A stretch of 64,000 bases of DNA from an uncultured Clostridia bacterium (lineage in GTDB: Bacteria > Bacillota > Clostridia > UBA1381), in the NCBI GenBank assembly GCA_934487205.1, contig CAKSRS010000002.1, positions 29,116 through 93,115 of the forward strand, read 5' to 3'. Under the pieces are notes generated by a model that saw nothing but the letters and a program-made list of their open reading frames with translations, did not search any database and was not told the DNA's origin. Positions 50,383 through 60,422 of the stretch are shown piece after piece. The number at the start of each line of letters is the position of its first letter. Position 1 is the stretch's first letter. The translations under genes were made by a program, and so were the position numbers.

Positions 50383-53091
50383 ATGGACTTTAAAAATGTA
50401 CCGAAAAAATACCGTCCGATTCCGTTTTGGAGCTGGAATGAAAAGCTCGACACGGCGGAAACGGCGGAACAGATACATATTATGAACGACGCCGGAATAG
50501 GCGGATTTTTCATGCATGCGCGCGGCGGTCTGCAAACCGAATACATGGGCGACGAATGGTTTGAAAATGTGCAGACAGGCATCGACACGGCAAAAGAGTG
50601 CGGCATGGGCGCATGGGCGTACGATGAAAACGGCTGGCCGAGCGGATTCGGCGGCGGGTTGGTCAACGGCATGGGCGTTGACTATCAGCAGAAATATCTG
50701 CGCATGAGCGACACCGAGCCGTCGGAAAACGTAATCGGCAAACACGGCGAGCACTGGTTTTATTATGAAGTGAACCCGTTCTACGTTGACACACTGGACG
50801 AAAAAGTTATAAAAAAATTCATTGAGTTGATTTATGAGCCGTACTATGAGCGTTTCGGCAAAAGTTTCGAGGGATTTTTCTCGGACGAACCGCAGATTTC
50901 CCGTTCCGGATATCCGTGGAGTTTTGTTTTCGAAAAGGAATACAAAGAGCGCTACGGCGAGGATATTTTAGACAGCCTTGAATCGCTGTTCCTTCCCGCG
51001 GGCGACTACAAAGCGGTGCGCGTAAAGTTTTGGCGCATGGTTGTCGACCTGTTTTCAAACGCATACATGAAACAAATCCATGACAGCTGCGCCGCGCACG
51101 GCGTACGTTTTACGGGACATCTTCTTTGCGAGGAAACCTTTGAAAGCCAGCTTGTAACAAATGGCGCATGCATGCCGCATTACGAGTATTTCGACATGCC
51201 CGGCATGGATTGGCTCGGCAGACAAACCTTCGACTGCCTGACCGCACGCCAGCTTACATCGGCGGCGGAGCAAATGGGGAAATCCGACGTTTTAAGCGAG
51301 ACCTTCGCGTTGTGCGGACACGGCGTGAGCCTTACGGAACTTAAAGGAATATATGAGTGGCAGATGGTTCGCGGCGTGAATCGGCTTTGCCAACACCTTG
51401 AGGGATATTCGCTGCGCGGTCTGCGCAAGCGCGATTATCCGCCGGCTATGTACAAACAGCAGCCGTGGTGGAGCGAGTACAAAAAATTCAACGACGCCGT
51501 GTCGCGCACAGGTATGCTCATATCGCAATCAACCGTGGCGCCGGATATCCTCGTTCTGCACCCGCAGACGACCGCATGGACGATGTATCATTACGGCAGT
51601 CTGGACGAAATCAATGCCCTCTGCGACGAATTTTTAAAGGTAATCAAAACCCTTGAGCAAAAGCACGTAATGTTCCACTTAGGCGACGAAACCGTTATGG
51701 CGCGCCACGCACGCGTAGAAAACGGCAAAATTATAATCGGAAAGCAGAGCTACTCAACCGTTATCACCGACTGCTGTCACTACATGTTCGACGATACCGA
51801 GCGCCTTCTCGGCGAATTTACCGCACAGGGCGGAAAAATCGTATCCGCAGCGGAAATCGCGGATAACCCCGTGACAGACAACGTGGACATCACATACTCA
51901 ACACGCCAGCTTGACGGCGCTGTTCTCCACTATTTCGTGAACAGTTCATACGAGCCGAAACACGCAAAAATCAATGTTCAGGGGAAAAAGCTTGACGTTT
52001 TGACGGGTGAACTTTTGGATTTCTGCGGCGAATATGACTTCGAACCGTGGGACAGCCTGATAATTATCGAGGACGGCAGCAAGAACGCCGGCAGTCCGAA
52101 ACAGCAAAACATCATCGTGCCCAACGGCGAATTTGAAGTAATCGCGGCAGAAAATGCGCTCACCCTCGACAAATGCGACTACTATTTTGACGGCGAATTA
52201 CAGGAAAAAGACGGATACGTTCTGAACATCGCAAACCGCGCAAACGCCTTGCAAAGAGCGGTTAAAATCCACCAGGACTACCACGTAAAGGCGGATTATG
52301 TTCCGGAAAAACTCTATCTTGTATGCGAAACGCCGGAGATGTTCAAAATTTCGATAAACGGGACGGAGGTTGAAAAAGAGCCGTGCGGCCGGTATCGCGA
52401 CAAGAGCTTTAAAAAGACCGATATTTCGGGACTTTTGCACAAAGGCGAAAACGTAATCTCCTTTGACTGCGATTTTGCGCAATCGGTGAAAACCTACGAA
52501 AATCTTGAAAAAGCCACGCATTTCGAAACCGAAATGAACAAACTATGCTACGACATGGAAATCGAGGCGATATATCTTTTGGGTGATTTTTCCGTCAAGA
52601 CCGACGGTGAATGGACGGAAACGGACAAAACCGACCCAATCGGCAGAAACGGCGTACGCTACCGCGGCGATTTTGTCATAGCAGAGCCGAAAAAGACGGT
52701 AACGCCGAAACATATCGAAAAGCAAGGTTTTCCGTTCTTCTGCGGTGAGATGACTCTGCGCGGAAAAATCAACATTACGGGCGAAAACCCCGTTTTGAAG
52801 TTCAATAAGTGCGGAATTAACGCTATCCGCGCGGAAATCAACGGAATTGAAAAAACAGTTCTGTGGAGCGACTTACTCCCTCTTGCCGACTTCGGCGCGG
52901 AAGGCGAAACCGAAATCAAGCTGACGCTTATAAATAATCTGCGCAATCTCCTCGGCCCGCATCATCTGCAAAGCGGCGAGTCCGGGCTCGTTTCGCCGTC
53001 AAGCTTTTTCAAAGAAGCATGCGTATGGAAGGGCAACTTCGGCGACGGCGATTGGAATGACGATTACTGCTTTATTAATACGGGATTTTAA
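50383..53091 (+). CDS. Large intracellular glycoside hydrolase of unassigned family (jelly-roll/GH-like)
   Basis: 902 aa. The N-terminal YRPIPFWSWNEKLD..GIGGFFMHARGG motif is typical of a widespread family of uncharacterised glycosyl hydrolases. Confidence 0.6.
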   Translation: MDFKNVPKKYRPIPFWSWNEKLDTAETAEQIHIMNDAGIGGFFMHARGGLQTEYMGDEWFENVQTGIDTAKECGMGAWAYDENGWPSGFGGGLVNGMGVDYQQKYLRMSDTEPSENVIGKHGEHWFYYEVNPFYVDTLDEKVIKKFIELIYEPYYERFGKSFEGFFSDEPQISRSGYPWSFVFEKEYKERYGEDILDSLESLFLPAGDYKAVRVKFWRMVVDLFSNAYMKQIHDSCAAHGVRFTGHLLCEETFESQLVTNGACMPHYEYFDMPGMDWLGRQTFDCLTARQLTSAAEQMGKSDVLSETFALCGHGVSLTELKGIYEWQMVRGVNRLCQHLEGYSLRGLRKRDYPPAMYKQQPWWSEYKKFNDAVSRTGMLISQSTVAPDILVLHPQTTAWTMYHYGSLDEINALCDEFLKVIKTLEQKHVMFHLGDETVMARHARVENGKIIIGKQSYSTVITDCCHYMFDDTERLLGEFTAQGGKIVSAAEIADNPVTDNVDITYSTRQLDGAVLHYFVNSSYEPKHAKINVQGKKLDVLTGELLDFCGEYDFEPWDSLIIIEDGSKNAGSPKQQNIIVPNGEFEVIAAENALTLDKCDYYFDGELQEKDGYVLNIANRANALQRAVKIHQDYHVKADYVPEKLYLVCETPEMFKISINGTEVEKEPCGRYRDKSFKKTDISGLLHKGENVISFDCDFAQSVKTYENLEKATHFETEMNKLCYDMEIEAIYLLGDFSVKTDGEWTETDKTDPIGRNGVRYRGDFVIAEPKKTVTPKHIEKQGFPFFCGEMTLRGKINITGENPVLKFNKCGINAIRAEINGIEKTVLWSDLLPLADFGAEGETEIKLTLINNLRNLLGPHHLQSGESGLVSPSSFFKEACVWKGNFGDGDWNDDYCFINTGF

Positions 53092-53093
53092 AT

Positions 53094-53183
53094 AAAAAAA
53101 CTGTCCCCCAACCGGGAACATCTGCCACGGCGCCGATACACCTATCGGCGCCGCGGCTTTAATCAATCGGGACAGTTTTTTTT
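53094..53183. terminator. Nested bidirectional terminator between the GH gene and rpsR
   Basis: The outer stem is AAAAAAACTGTCCC / GGGACAGTTTTTTT. The inner 10-bp stem is GGCGCCGATA / TATCGGCGCC. Confidence 0.7.
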
Positions 53184-53246
53184 ACCACGCACACAAAAAG
53201 ACTGCGGCAAAATGAAATCATTCTGCTGCAGTCTCTTAAATTTACA

Positions 53247-53492
53247 TTATTCAGCAACGAAAGGCAAAAGAGCGATTTGTCTTGCTCTCTTAACAGCAAT
53301 TGTAAGCTGTCTCTGATGCTTTGCACAGTTACCGCTAATTCTTCTCGGAACGATTTTACCGCGTTCGGTAATATATCTTCTGAGCTTTGCAGTATCCTTG
53401 TAATCAATGTTTTCTACCTTATCAACACAGAAAACGCAAACCTTTTTCTTTGCACGTCTTGCCTTGAAAGGTCTTTCTGTCTTTTCAGCCAT
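53247..53492 (-). CDS. rpsR: 30S ribosomal protein S18
   Basis: The start is taken at ATG 53492 (AGGAGG RBS). KKVCVFC..IDYKD...LRRYI.ERGKI.PRR..G.C motif. Confidence 0.95.
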   Translation of the reverse strand: MAEKTERPFKARRAKKKVCVFCVDKVENIDYKDTAKLRRYITERGKIVPRRISGNCAKHQRQLTIAVKRARQIALLPFVAE

Positions 53493-53520
53493 GATTAATC
53501 CTCCTATCAATTTTTATCGT

Positions 53521-53970
53521 TTAGAACGGCAAATCGTCTTCCGAGCCGTCTATCGCCTGAAATCCCATATTATCGATATCGCCCCCGCCGAAGGAGTTAT
53601 CCTGTCTCGGCTGAGCAGCGGCATGACCAAAGTCACCGCCCTGTGTATGAGATTCATTTCTTGAGCCGGTAAAGTAAACCTCGTCAACCATAACTTCGGT
53701 TGAATACTGGCGCTTTCCCTCCTGATTTTCCCATGAACGCGACTGCAATTGACCGACAATTGCAATCATTGAGCCCTTTTGGAAATATTTGCAGATAAAT
53801 TCCGCTTGCTGACGCCATGCCGTGCAGTTGATGAAATCAGCCGCCTGCTGACCTTCCTTCGCGAAACGTCTGTTTACTGCAATGGAAAATCCGCATACCG
53901 CAACGCCGTTCGGCGTTTGGCGCATTTCCGGATCACGGGTGAGTCTGCCCATTAAAATTACTTTGTTCAT
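53521..53970 (-). CDS. ssb: Single-stranded DNA-binding protein
   Basis: MNKVILMGRLTRDPE OB-fold N-terminus and the acidic tail DDLPF. Confidence 0.95.
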   Translation of the reverse strand: MNKVILMGRLTRDPEMRQTPNGVAVCGFSIAVNRRFAKEGQQAADFINCTAWRQQAEFICKYFQKGSMIAIVGQLQSRSWENQEGKRQYSTEVMVDEVYFTGSRNESHTQGGDFGHAAAQPRQDNSFGGGDIDNMGFQAIDGSEDDLPF

Positions 53971-53985
53971 AATGACACCTCTTGA

Positions 53986-54285
53986 TTATTTGTCCTTACG
54001 AATAATGATTGTTCTTACGATGCCGTCTGTAATTCTGTACTGTCTGTCAAGCTCCTTCGGGAAATCTCCGTCTGAAGTGAAGTCAGCAAGAACATAGTAG
54101 CCTTCCGTTTTATCATCAATTTCGTAAGCAAATCTTCTCTTTCCCCATTCCTCAACGTTTTCAAGCGTTCCGTTTTTTGAAATAAGGTTTGTGAACTTCT
54201 CTGTTAAAGCCTTAACAGCGTCCTCTTCAAGACCTGCATCAATGATAAAAATTGTTTCATAGCTGTAGATTAATTTTTCAGCCAT
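53986..54285 (-). CDS. rpsF: 30S ribosomal protein S6
   Basis: 99 aa. YETIFII, WGKRRFAY and GYYV motifs. Confidence 0.95.
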   Translation of the reverse strand: MAEKLIYSYETIFIIDAGLEEDAVKALTEKFTNLISKNGTLENVEEWGKRRFAYEIDDKTEGYYVLADFTSDGDFPKELDRQYRITDGIVRTIIIRKDK

Positions 54286-54512
54286 TTTCGCACCTCCTTA
54301 TGGACTTATGTCCCAAGAACTATCCCTTGGGCAAGGATTTTGCTCATCATGAGCCTTTTTATTATACACCATTTTATTCCGATTGTCAAGTATTTTTATA
54401 AATTACCGTTGTAACATTTTTATTTTACGGCATAATCTATATTGAAGAAACTCCTTCGGCGTGTAATTTTTGCGGCGAATTTAATAAATTTGCAAAAATT
54501 TGCAATAATCTA

Positions 54513-54541
54513 TTGACATCCGCGGTAAATTGGTATATAAT
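54513..54541 (+). promoter_or_regulatory. Consensus promoter for the ylxM-ffh operon
   Basis: TTGACA (54513-54518), 17 nt, TATAAT (54536-54541). Confidence 0.55.
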
Positions 54542-54597
54542 ATCACCTGTAAAGTTTTTTTGGTTTACACCCGCGCAGGTGTTAAGGAGCGGATTTC

Positions 54598-54933
54598 ATG
54601 GCAAAGGATTTGACCGTGAGCATGCTTGCGGATTTCTACGGCGAGCTGCTTACCGAAAAGCAACAGACGGCGCTTGACGGATACTACAACCGCGACTTAT
54701 CCCTTGCGGAAATTGCGGAAGAAATGCAGGTATCGCGCCAGGGCGTGCGCGCCATTATCAAGCAGGGCGAGGCTCACCTTGCCGAATTTGAAGATAAGCT
54801 GCACATGGCGGAGCGCTTTTCCGAAATAAACCGCCTGACGCGCGGCATGCGGGAAATTATCGCGGCGATGCCGCAAGATGAATTTACGAAAAAATTATCC
54901 GAAAAAATAGATGATATAACCGATAAACTGTAA
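54598..54933 (+). CDS. ylxM: YlxM/UPF0122 putative DNA-binding protein
   Basis: 111 aa. LTEKQ......YY..DLSLAEIAEE..VSRQ.V motif. It lies immediately upstream of ffh. Confidence 0.85.
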   Translation: MAKDLTVSMLADFYGELLTEKQQTALDGYYNRDLSLAEIAEEMQVSRQGVRAIIKQGEAHLAEFEDKLHMAERFSEINRLTRGMREIIAAMPQDEFTKKLSEKIDDITDKL

Positions 54934-54947
54934 AGGGCGGTGAGAAC

Positions 54948-56300
54948 ATGGCATTTGAAAATCTTGGCGAAAAGCTATCCGGCGTATTCAAAAAGCTGAA
55001 GGGCACTACAAAAATTACCGAAAAAGACGTGAAGGACGCAATGCGCGAAGTTAAGCTTGCGCTTTTGGAGGCGGACGTTAACTTTAAAGTAGTTAAAGAT
55101 TTCGTTAAGTCGGTATCGGAAAAGGCTATGGGCACCGAGGTTCTGGAAAGTCTGACGCCGTCGCAGAACATATTGAAAATCGTTCGCGACGAGCTGACAG
55201 AGCTTATGGGCGCGGAAAACACACGCCTTGAATTTGCGAAAAATCCGCCGACCGTCATCATGATGTGCGGTCTGCAGGGTGCCGGCAAAACGACGGCAAC
55301 GGCAAAGCTTGCGCTGAATCTTCGCAAAACTTTGGACAAACGCCCGCTTATGGTTGCCTGTGACGTATACCGTCCCGCTGCCGTAAAGCAGCTGCAGGTT
55401 CTCGGCGACCAAATCGGCGTTTCGGTTTTCTCGATGGGTACCGATGAAAATCCTGTGAACATCGCAAAAGCCGCAATCGAACACGCAAAAAAACACGGGA
55501 ACGATCCCGTTATCATAGATACCGCCGGACGCCTTCATATAGACGAGACGCTGATGGAAGAACTCGAAAACATAAAAGGCACGGTTAATCCGTCCGAAAT
55601 ACTGCTTGTTGTCGACGCGATGACCGGTCAGGACGCGGTCAACGTTGCCGAAAGCTTTAATTCGCAGCTTGAAATATCCGGCGTAATCCTGTCCAAGCTG
55701 GACGGCGACACTCGCGGCGGTGCGGCGCTTTCCGTCCGCGCGGTTACAGGCAAACCGATAAAATATGCGTCGGTCGGCGAAAAGCTGTCCGAGCTCGAAC
55801 CCTTCCACCCCGACAGAATGGCAAGCCGTATCCTCGGCATGGGCGACGTTATGACGCTTATCGACAAGGCGCAGGAAGTCGTCGACGAAAAAGAGGCGGC
55901 GGAACTCGAGCGCAAAATGCGGCAGCAGACCTTCGATTTGGAGGACTTTTTGAACCAGCTGCAGCAAATAAAGAAAATGGGTTCGATAACCCAGCTTGTC
56001 GGCATGATGCCCGGTGTGGACAAATCCATGTTGGACAAAATCGACGCCGCCGACGGCGAGAAAAAAATGAAACGCACCGAGGCGATTATTCAATCCATGA
56101 CGCCCAAAGAACGTGCAAATCCGAAAATTATCGCCGCAAGCCGCAAAGTGCGGATTGCAAAGGGCAGCGGAACCCGCGTCCAGGACGTCAACGAACTTTT
56201 AAAACAGTTTGAACAGATGAAACAGATGATGAAACAGCTGTCGGGCGGAAAACAGGCGCGAATGTTAAAACGGCTTAAAAAAATGGGCGGCAGATATTAA
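54948..56300 (+). CDS. ffh: Signal recognition particle protein Ffh
   Basis: GLQGAGKTT, DTAGRL and the Met-rich M-domain. Confidence 0.97.
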   Translation: MAFENLGEKLSGVFKKLKGTTKITEKDVKDAMREVKLALLEADVNFKVVKDFVKSVSEKAMGTEVLESLTPSQNILKIVRDELTELMGAENTRLEFAKNPPTVIMMCGLQGAGKTTATAKLALNLRKTLDKRPLMVACDVYRPAAVKQLQVLGDQIGVSVFSMGTDENPVNIAKAAIEHAKKHGNDPVIIDTAGRLHIDETLMEELENIKGTVNPSEILLVVDAMTGQDAVNVAESFNSQLEISGVILSKLDGDTRGGAALSVRAVTGKPIKYASVGEKLSELEPFHPDRMASRILGMGDVMTLIDKAQEVVDEKEAAELERKMRQQTFDLEDFLNQLQQIKKMGSITQLVGMMPGVDKSMLDKIDAADGEKKMKRTEAIIQSMTPKERANPKIIAASRKVRIAKGSGTRVQDVNELLKQFEQMKQMMKQLSGGKQARMLKRLKKMGGRY

Positions 56301-56350
56301 TGTCGAAAGACTTTGATATACAAAAGATTCACTTTAGGGAGGTGACATAA

Positions 56351-56593
56351 ATGGCAGTAAAAATCAGACTTAGAAGAATGGGTGCAAAAAAGGCTCCGTT
56401 TTACAGAGTAGTTGTTGCTGATTCAAGATACCCCAGAGACGGAAGATTTATCGAAGAAATCGGAACATATAACCCATTGACAGACCCTGCAACAGTTAAC
56501 ATTGACGCAGATATGGCAAAGAAATGGATTGCTAACGGCGCTCAGCCTACAGATACTGTAAAGGCTCTTTTGAAGAAGCAGGGTATTATGTAA
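56351..56593 (+). CDS. rpsP: 30S ribosomal protein S16
   Basis: [26 protein letters not shown]. Confidence 0.95.
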   Translation: MAVKIRLRRMGAKKAPFYRVVVADSRYPRDGRFIEEIGTYNPLTDPATVNIDADMAKKWIANGAQPTDTVKALLKKQGIM

Positions 56594-56606
56594 GGAGATT
56601 ACCGTA

Positions 56607-56837
56607 ATGAAAGAAGTTTTGGAAATCATTGCAAAAGCATTGACGGAACACCCCGACCAAGTTTCCGTAACGGAAATCGAGTCGGGCGACTCGGTGACGC
56701 TTGAACTCCGCGTTGCGGACAGCGACATGGGCAAGGTTATCGGCAAACAGGGTAAGATTGCCAAAGCAATCCGCACCGTTGTCAAGGCAGCCGCAAGCAT
56801 TGAAAACAAGCGTGTATCTGTCGATATAGTTCAATAA
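56607..56837 (+). CDS. khpA: KH-domain RNA-binding protein (YlqC/KhpA family)
   Basis: 76 aa. It has the GKVIGKQGKIAKAIRT GXXG loop and the conserved position between rpsP and rimM. Confidence 0.85.
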   Translation: MKEVLEIIAKALTEHPDQVSVTEIESGDSVTLELRVADSDMGKVIGKQGKIAKAIRTVVKAAASIENKRVSVDIVQ

Positions 56838-56909
56838 GCATTAAAATGAGTGTCTTAAACTTTTGAGGACACTTATTTTATTTAATGTGACTTTAAAGGA
56901 GAAACTTTT

Positions 56910-57416
56910 ATGGACTTGCTTGAAGTAGGAAAAATCATTAACACTCACGGTCTTAAAGGCGAGGTCAAGGTTGTTTCGTGGACCGATTCGCCCGACACAT
57001 TCGAAAATCTGGATTATGTTTTTGCGCGCATGCGCGGCGGCGATGTGCGGCTTGACATCAAAAACATCAAGTATCAGAAAAACAACATAATCGTACTTTT
57101 TGCGCAGATTGACTCCATCGACGAGGCGGAAAAATATAAAAACGCCGTGCTTTTCGCCAACAAGGACATGCTTGGCGACCTCCCCGAAAACGTATACTAT
57201 ATCGCCGACTTAATCGGCTGTACCGTTTCAGACGAGAACGGCGAAATCGGCGTACTTGCCGACGTTTTCGCGACGGGCTCCAACGATATTTACGATATAA
57301 AGCGCGACGGCAGAAAAAATTTGCTCGTTCCGATAATCGACGGCGTCGTGCAGTCGGTGGATATCGAAAACAAGAAAATTACAATAAAAATACCGGAAGG
57401 TTTGGAAGATGATTAA
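56910..57416 (+). CDS. rimM: 16S rRNA processing protein RimM
   Basis: VGKIINTHGLKGEVKV and a PRC barrel C-terminus. Confidence 0.9.
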   Translation: MDLLEVGKIINTHGLKGEVKVVSWTDSPDTFENLDYVFARMRGGDVRLDIKNIKYQKNNIIVLFAQIDSIDEAEKYKNAVLFANKDMLGDLPENVYYIADLIGCTVSDENGEIGVLADVFATGSNDIYDIKRDGRKNLLVPIIDGVVQSVDIENKKITIKIPEGLEDD

Positions 57417-58146
57417 ATTTGACGTTTTGACCCTGTTCCCCGAAATGTTCGAGTCGGTTCTCGGCGAGAGCATAACGGGGCGCGCACGCGACGCGGGACT
57501 TATAGAAATGAATTTCACCAATATCCGTGATTTTTCCGCCAACAAGCACAAAAAAACCGACGACTACCCATACTCCGGCGGCGGCGGAATGATTATGACG
57601 CCCCAGCCGATTTATGACGCATACATGCACATCACCAACGATTGCAAATCCAAACCACACACGGTTTTTATGTCGCCGCAAGGCGCGGTTTTTAACCAAA
57701 AAAAGGCGGTGGAACTTTCCCGCCTTGACCATATCGTTTTTTTGTGCGGACATTACGAGGGCGTCGACCAGCGCATTATCGACATGCTTGTCGACGAGGA
57801 AATTTCAATCGGCGACTTTGTTTTAACCGGCGGCGAATTGCCGGCAATGACGGTTATCGACGCCGTCAGCCGCATGATTCCCGGCGTTTTGGCGAGCGAG
57901 GACTCATACAAAAACGAAAGCCACTTTTCCGGACTTTTGGAATATCCGCAGTACACCCACCCGCAAGAGTTCATGGGCGTGAAAATTCCGGATATACTTA
58001 TTTCCGGCCACCACAAAAATATCGAACAATGGAAACGCCGTCAGGCGCTCATTAACACCTTGAAAAAACGCCCCGATATGCTTGAAAACGCCCCGCTTAC
58101 CGATGAAGATAAGAAGTTTTTAAAAGAATTTTGCGAAATAAGTTGA
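57409..58146 (+). CDS. trmD: tRNA (guanine37-N1)-methyltransferase
   Basis: DVLTLFPEMF, CGHYEG.DQR and GDFVLTGGE motifs. Confidence 0.95.
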   Translation: MIKFDVLTLFPEMFESVLGESITGRARDAGLIEMNFTNIRDFSANKHKKTDDYPYSGGGGMIMTPQPIYDAYMHITNDCKSKPHTVFMSPQGAVFNQKKAVELSRLDHIVFLCGHYEGVDQRIIDMLVDEEISIGDFVLTGGELPAMTVIDAVSRMIPGVLASEDSYKNESHFSGLLEYPQYTHPQEFMGVKIPDILISGHHKNIEQWKRRQALINTLKKRPDMLENAPLTDEDKKFLKEFCEIS

Positions 58147-58245
58147 TTTTATGCCGCTAATTTGGTATAATAAAGTGATACAGGAACACTCCCCGCCGTT
58201 TTACATATTATACAGTATGTAAATAATAGATTGGGAGGTGTTTCC

Positions 58246-59499
58246 GTGAGTAAGCTGGAAATTTCCGGCGGCAGAAAAATGGAGGGCGAAATTGACGTCC
58301 GCGGTGCAAAAAACGCGGTTCTTCCGATACTTGCCGCCGCGATTTTAAGCGACGGAAAAAATATAATTTACAACTGTCCGCGGCTGCGCGACGTCGAAAT
58401 GACGATTGAGGTTCTTAAAAACCTCGGCTGCCGCGTAAAGTGGGAGAAAAATTGTCTGGAGGTCGATTCCTCCGATATTTCGGGTTATACTATCCCCGAC
58501 GAGCTGATGCGGCAGATGCGTTCATCAATAATATTTTTGGGCGCGATAATCTCTAAATTCGGCAAAGCCGAGGTTTCCATGCCCGGCGGCTGCGAAATCG
58601 GCAACAGACCGATTGACCTGCATCTTAAGGCGCTGCGGCAGCTCGGCATCGAAATTACCGAGTCGCACGGATTTATCCACTGCATTGCAGACAAACCCGA
58701 GGCGGCGCAAATTCACCTTGATTTCCCAAGCGTCGGCGCAACCGAAAATACCATGCTTGCCGCATGCATGATTGACGGCATCACGGTTATCGAAAATGCC
58801 GCGCGCGAGCCCGAAATCGTGGATTTACAGAACTTTTTAAACCGCATGGGCGCAAAAATAAATGGCGCCGGCAGCGATATAATTACCATCGAGGGCGTAC
58901 ATAAGCTCTACGGCGTTGAATATTCTATTATTCCCGACCGCATCGCCGCCGCTACATATCTTGCATGCGCGGCTGCGTCGGACGGAACGGTTATTCTTAA
59001 AAACGCCGACAGCACCCACATGGGCGCGATGATTAACACCCTCAAGGATATGGGCTGCCGCATTTATACCGAAAAATCGAAAATTATTCTTCAGCCGGCG
59101 CGCGTTTTAAAAAGCGTCGGAACACTGAAGACCATGCCGTACCCCGGTTTTCCGACCGATATCCAGTCGCCGTTCACCGCGCTTGCGACGCAGTGCCGCG
59201 GCACAACCGTTTTCGTTGAAAATATCTTCGAAAACCGTTACCAGCATATCGAGGAACTCGTGCGCATGGGCGCAAACATACAAACCGACGGCAGAGTTGC
59301 GGTTGTTATCGGCAAAAGCAATCTCACCGGCGCGCATGTTGTCGCAAAGGAACTCCGCGGCGGCGCGGCGCTCGTTGTGGCAGCGCTTGCGGCAGAGGGT
59401 ACAACCGAAATTGACAATGTAAAATTTATCGACAGGGGTTATGAGTCTATCGAAAGAGTCTTATCCGCCTGCGGTATTGATATAAAACGAAAAGAGTGA
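58246..59499 (+). CDS. murA: UDP-N-acetylglucosamine 1-carboxyvinyltransferase
   Basis: The start is taken at GTG 58246 (GGGAGG 7 nt upstream). GAKNA.LPILAA and GGCEIG.RPIDLH motifs. Confidence 0.93.
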   Translation: MSKLEISGGRKMEGEIDVRGAKNAVLPILAAAILSDGKNIIYNCPRLRDVEMTIEVLKNLGCRVKWEKNCLEVDSSDISGYTIPDELMRQMRSSIIFLGAIISKFGKAEVSMPGGCEIGNRPIDLHLKALRQLGIEITESHGFIHCIADKPEAAQIHLDFPSVGATENTMLAACMIDGITVIENAAREPEIVDLQNFLNRMGAKINGAGSDIITIEGVHKLYGVEYSIIPDRIAAATYLACAAASDGTVILKNADSTHMGAMINTLKDMGCRIYTEKSKIILQPARVLKSVGTLKTMPYPGFPTDIQSPFTALATQCRGTTVFVENIFENRYQHIEELVRMGANIQTDGRVAVVIGKSNLTGAHVVAKELRGGAALVVAALAAEGTTEIDNVKFIDRGYESIERVLSACGIDIKRKE

Positions 59500-59508
59500 A
59501 AATCGCTT

Positions 59509-60297
59509 ATGGCTACAAGGAAAGCAACCGAGGAGAGCTTTAAGGCTCGCCACAATAAGCGGCGTCAGAAACGGATACGTGAGCAAAAAATCAGAAGATA
59601 CACCTTCTTTACCGTTCTGGCGCTTATTGCAGTGCTTTCCGTAATGTTTTTCACGCCGATTTTCAACATAAAAACAATTAATATAACAGGAAATTCAAAA
59701 CTCTCGTCGGAACAGATTATGGCTCAGGTTGACTACGCAAACGGCAAAAATCTGTTCCGCACGAGCAAGCGCGGTTTACGCCGCAAGCTTGCCGAGCTCG
59801 CATATACCGACACGGCGGTGATTAAAAAACGACCCTTCCCGCCGTCAATCACCATCGAAATTACCGAATGTCAGCCGGTATGTCAGGTTAATTTTTCCGA
59901 GTCATTTATAGTAATTGACAAAAATGCCAAAGTTTTGGAAAAATCACCCGAAAAGCAGGAAAGCGTGCCCGTTTTGGAAGGAATTTCCGTAATTTCCGCA
60001 AACGAGGGCGAGCTCATCGCTTTTAAAGATGAAGAAACGCAAAAAATTGTTATGTCATGCATAGGAAATATGGAAAAAGCGGATATAATAAAAGATATAA
60101 CAACAATGTCTTTTGAGGATATGACAAATATTACTTTCAACTATCAGAACCGTCTGGACGTTATCTGCGGAACGCATATCGACTTCCAGCGCAAGCTTGC
60201 CTTGCTGAAAGAAGCGGTAAATTCCAACAAGCTTAACGAAAATTCGCGCGGGACAATTAACCTTTCGACAACAGGAAAGGCTATTTATACGCCGTAA
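59509..60297 (+). CDS. ftsQ: Cell division protein FtsQ/DivIB (POTRA domain)
   Basis: 262 aa. It has a basic N-terminus, a TM segment and a POTRA motif (IKTINITGN). It lies upstream of ftsZ. Confidence 0.8.
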   Translation: MATRKATEESFKARHNKRRQKRIREQKIRRYTFFTVLALIAVLSVMFFTPIFNIKTINITGNSKLSSEQIMAQVDYANGKNLFRTSKRGLRRKLAELAYTDTAVIKKRPFPPSITIEITECQPVCQVNFSESFIVIDKNAKVLEKSPEKQESVPVLEGISVISANEGELIAFKDEETQKIVMSCIGNMEKADIIKDITTMSFEDMTNITFNYQNRLDVICGTHIDFQRKLALLKEAVNSNKLNENSRGTINLSTTGKAIYTP

Positions 60298-60422
60298 TTG
60301 TTAAAAAAAAGTAAAATTTTTGGTATTTTTTAATATTTTTTTGGATTTCCTATTGAAATAATTATAAAAACATAGTACAATAAAAATGTATAATCAGATA
60401 ATAGACTAAGGAGGATATATAT

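Noticed and set aside
54286-54370. Possible S6:S18-binding rpsF leader, with a TTGACA-17-TATAAT promoter and a CCCAAG/CTTGGG hairpin upstream of rpsF.
   Set aside because: It is plausible from context, but I could not match the hairpin to the remembered rpsF-leader consensus well enough to annotate it. It needs a covariance-model search.
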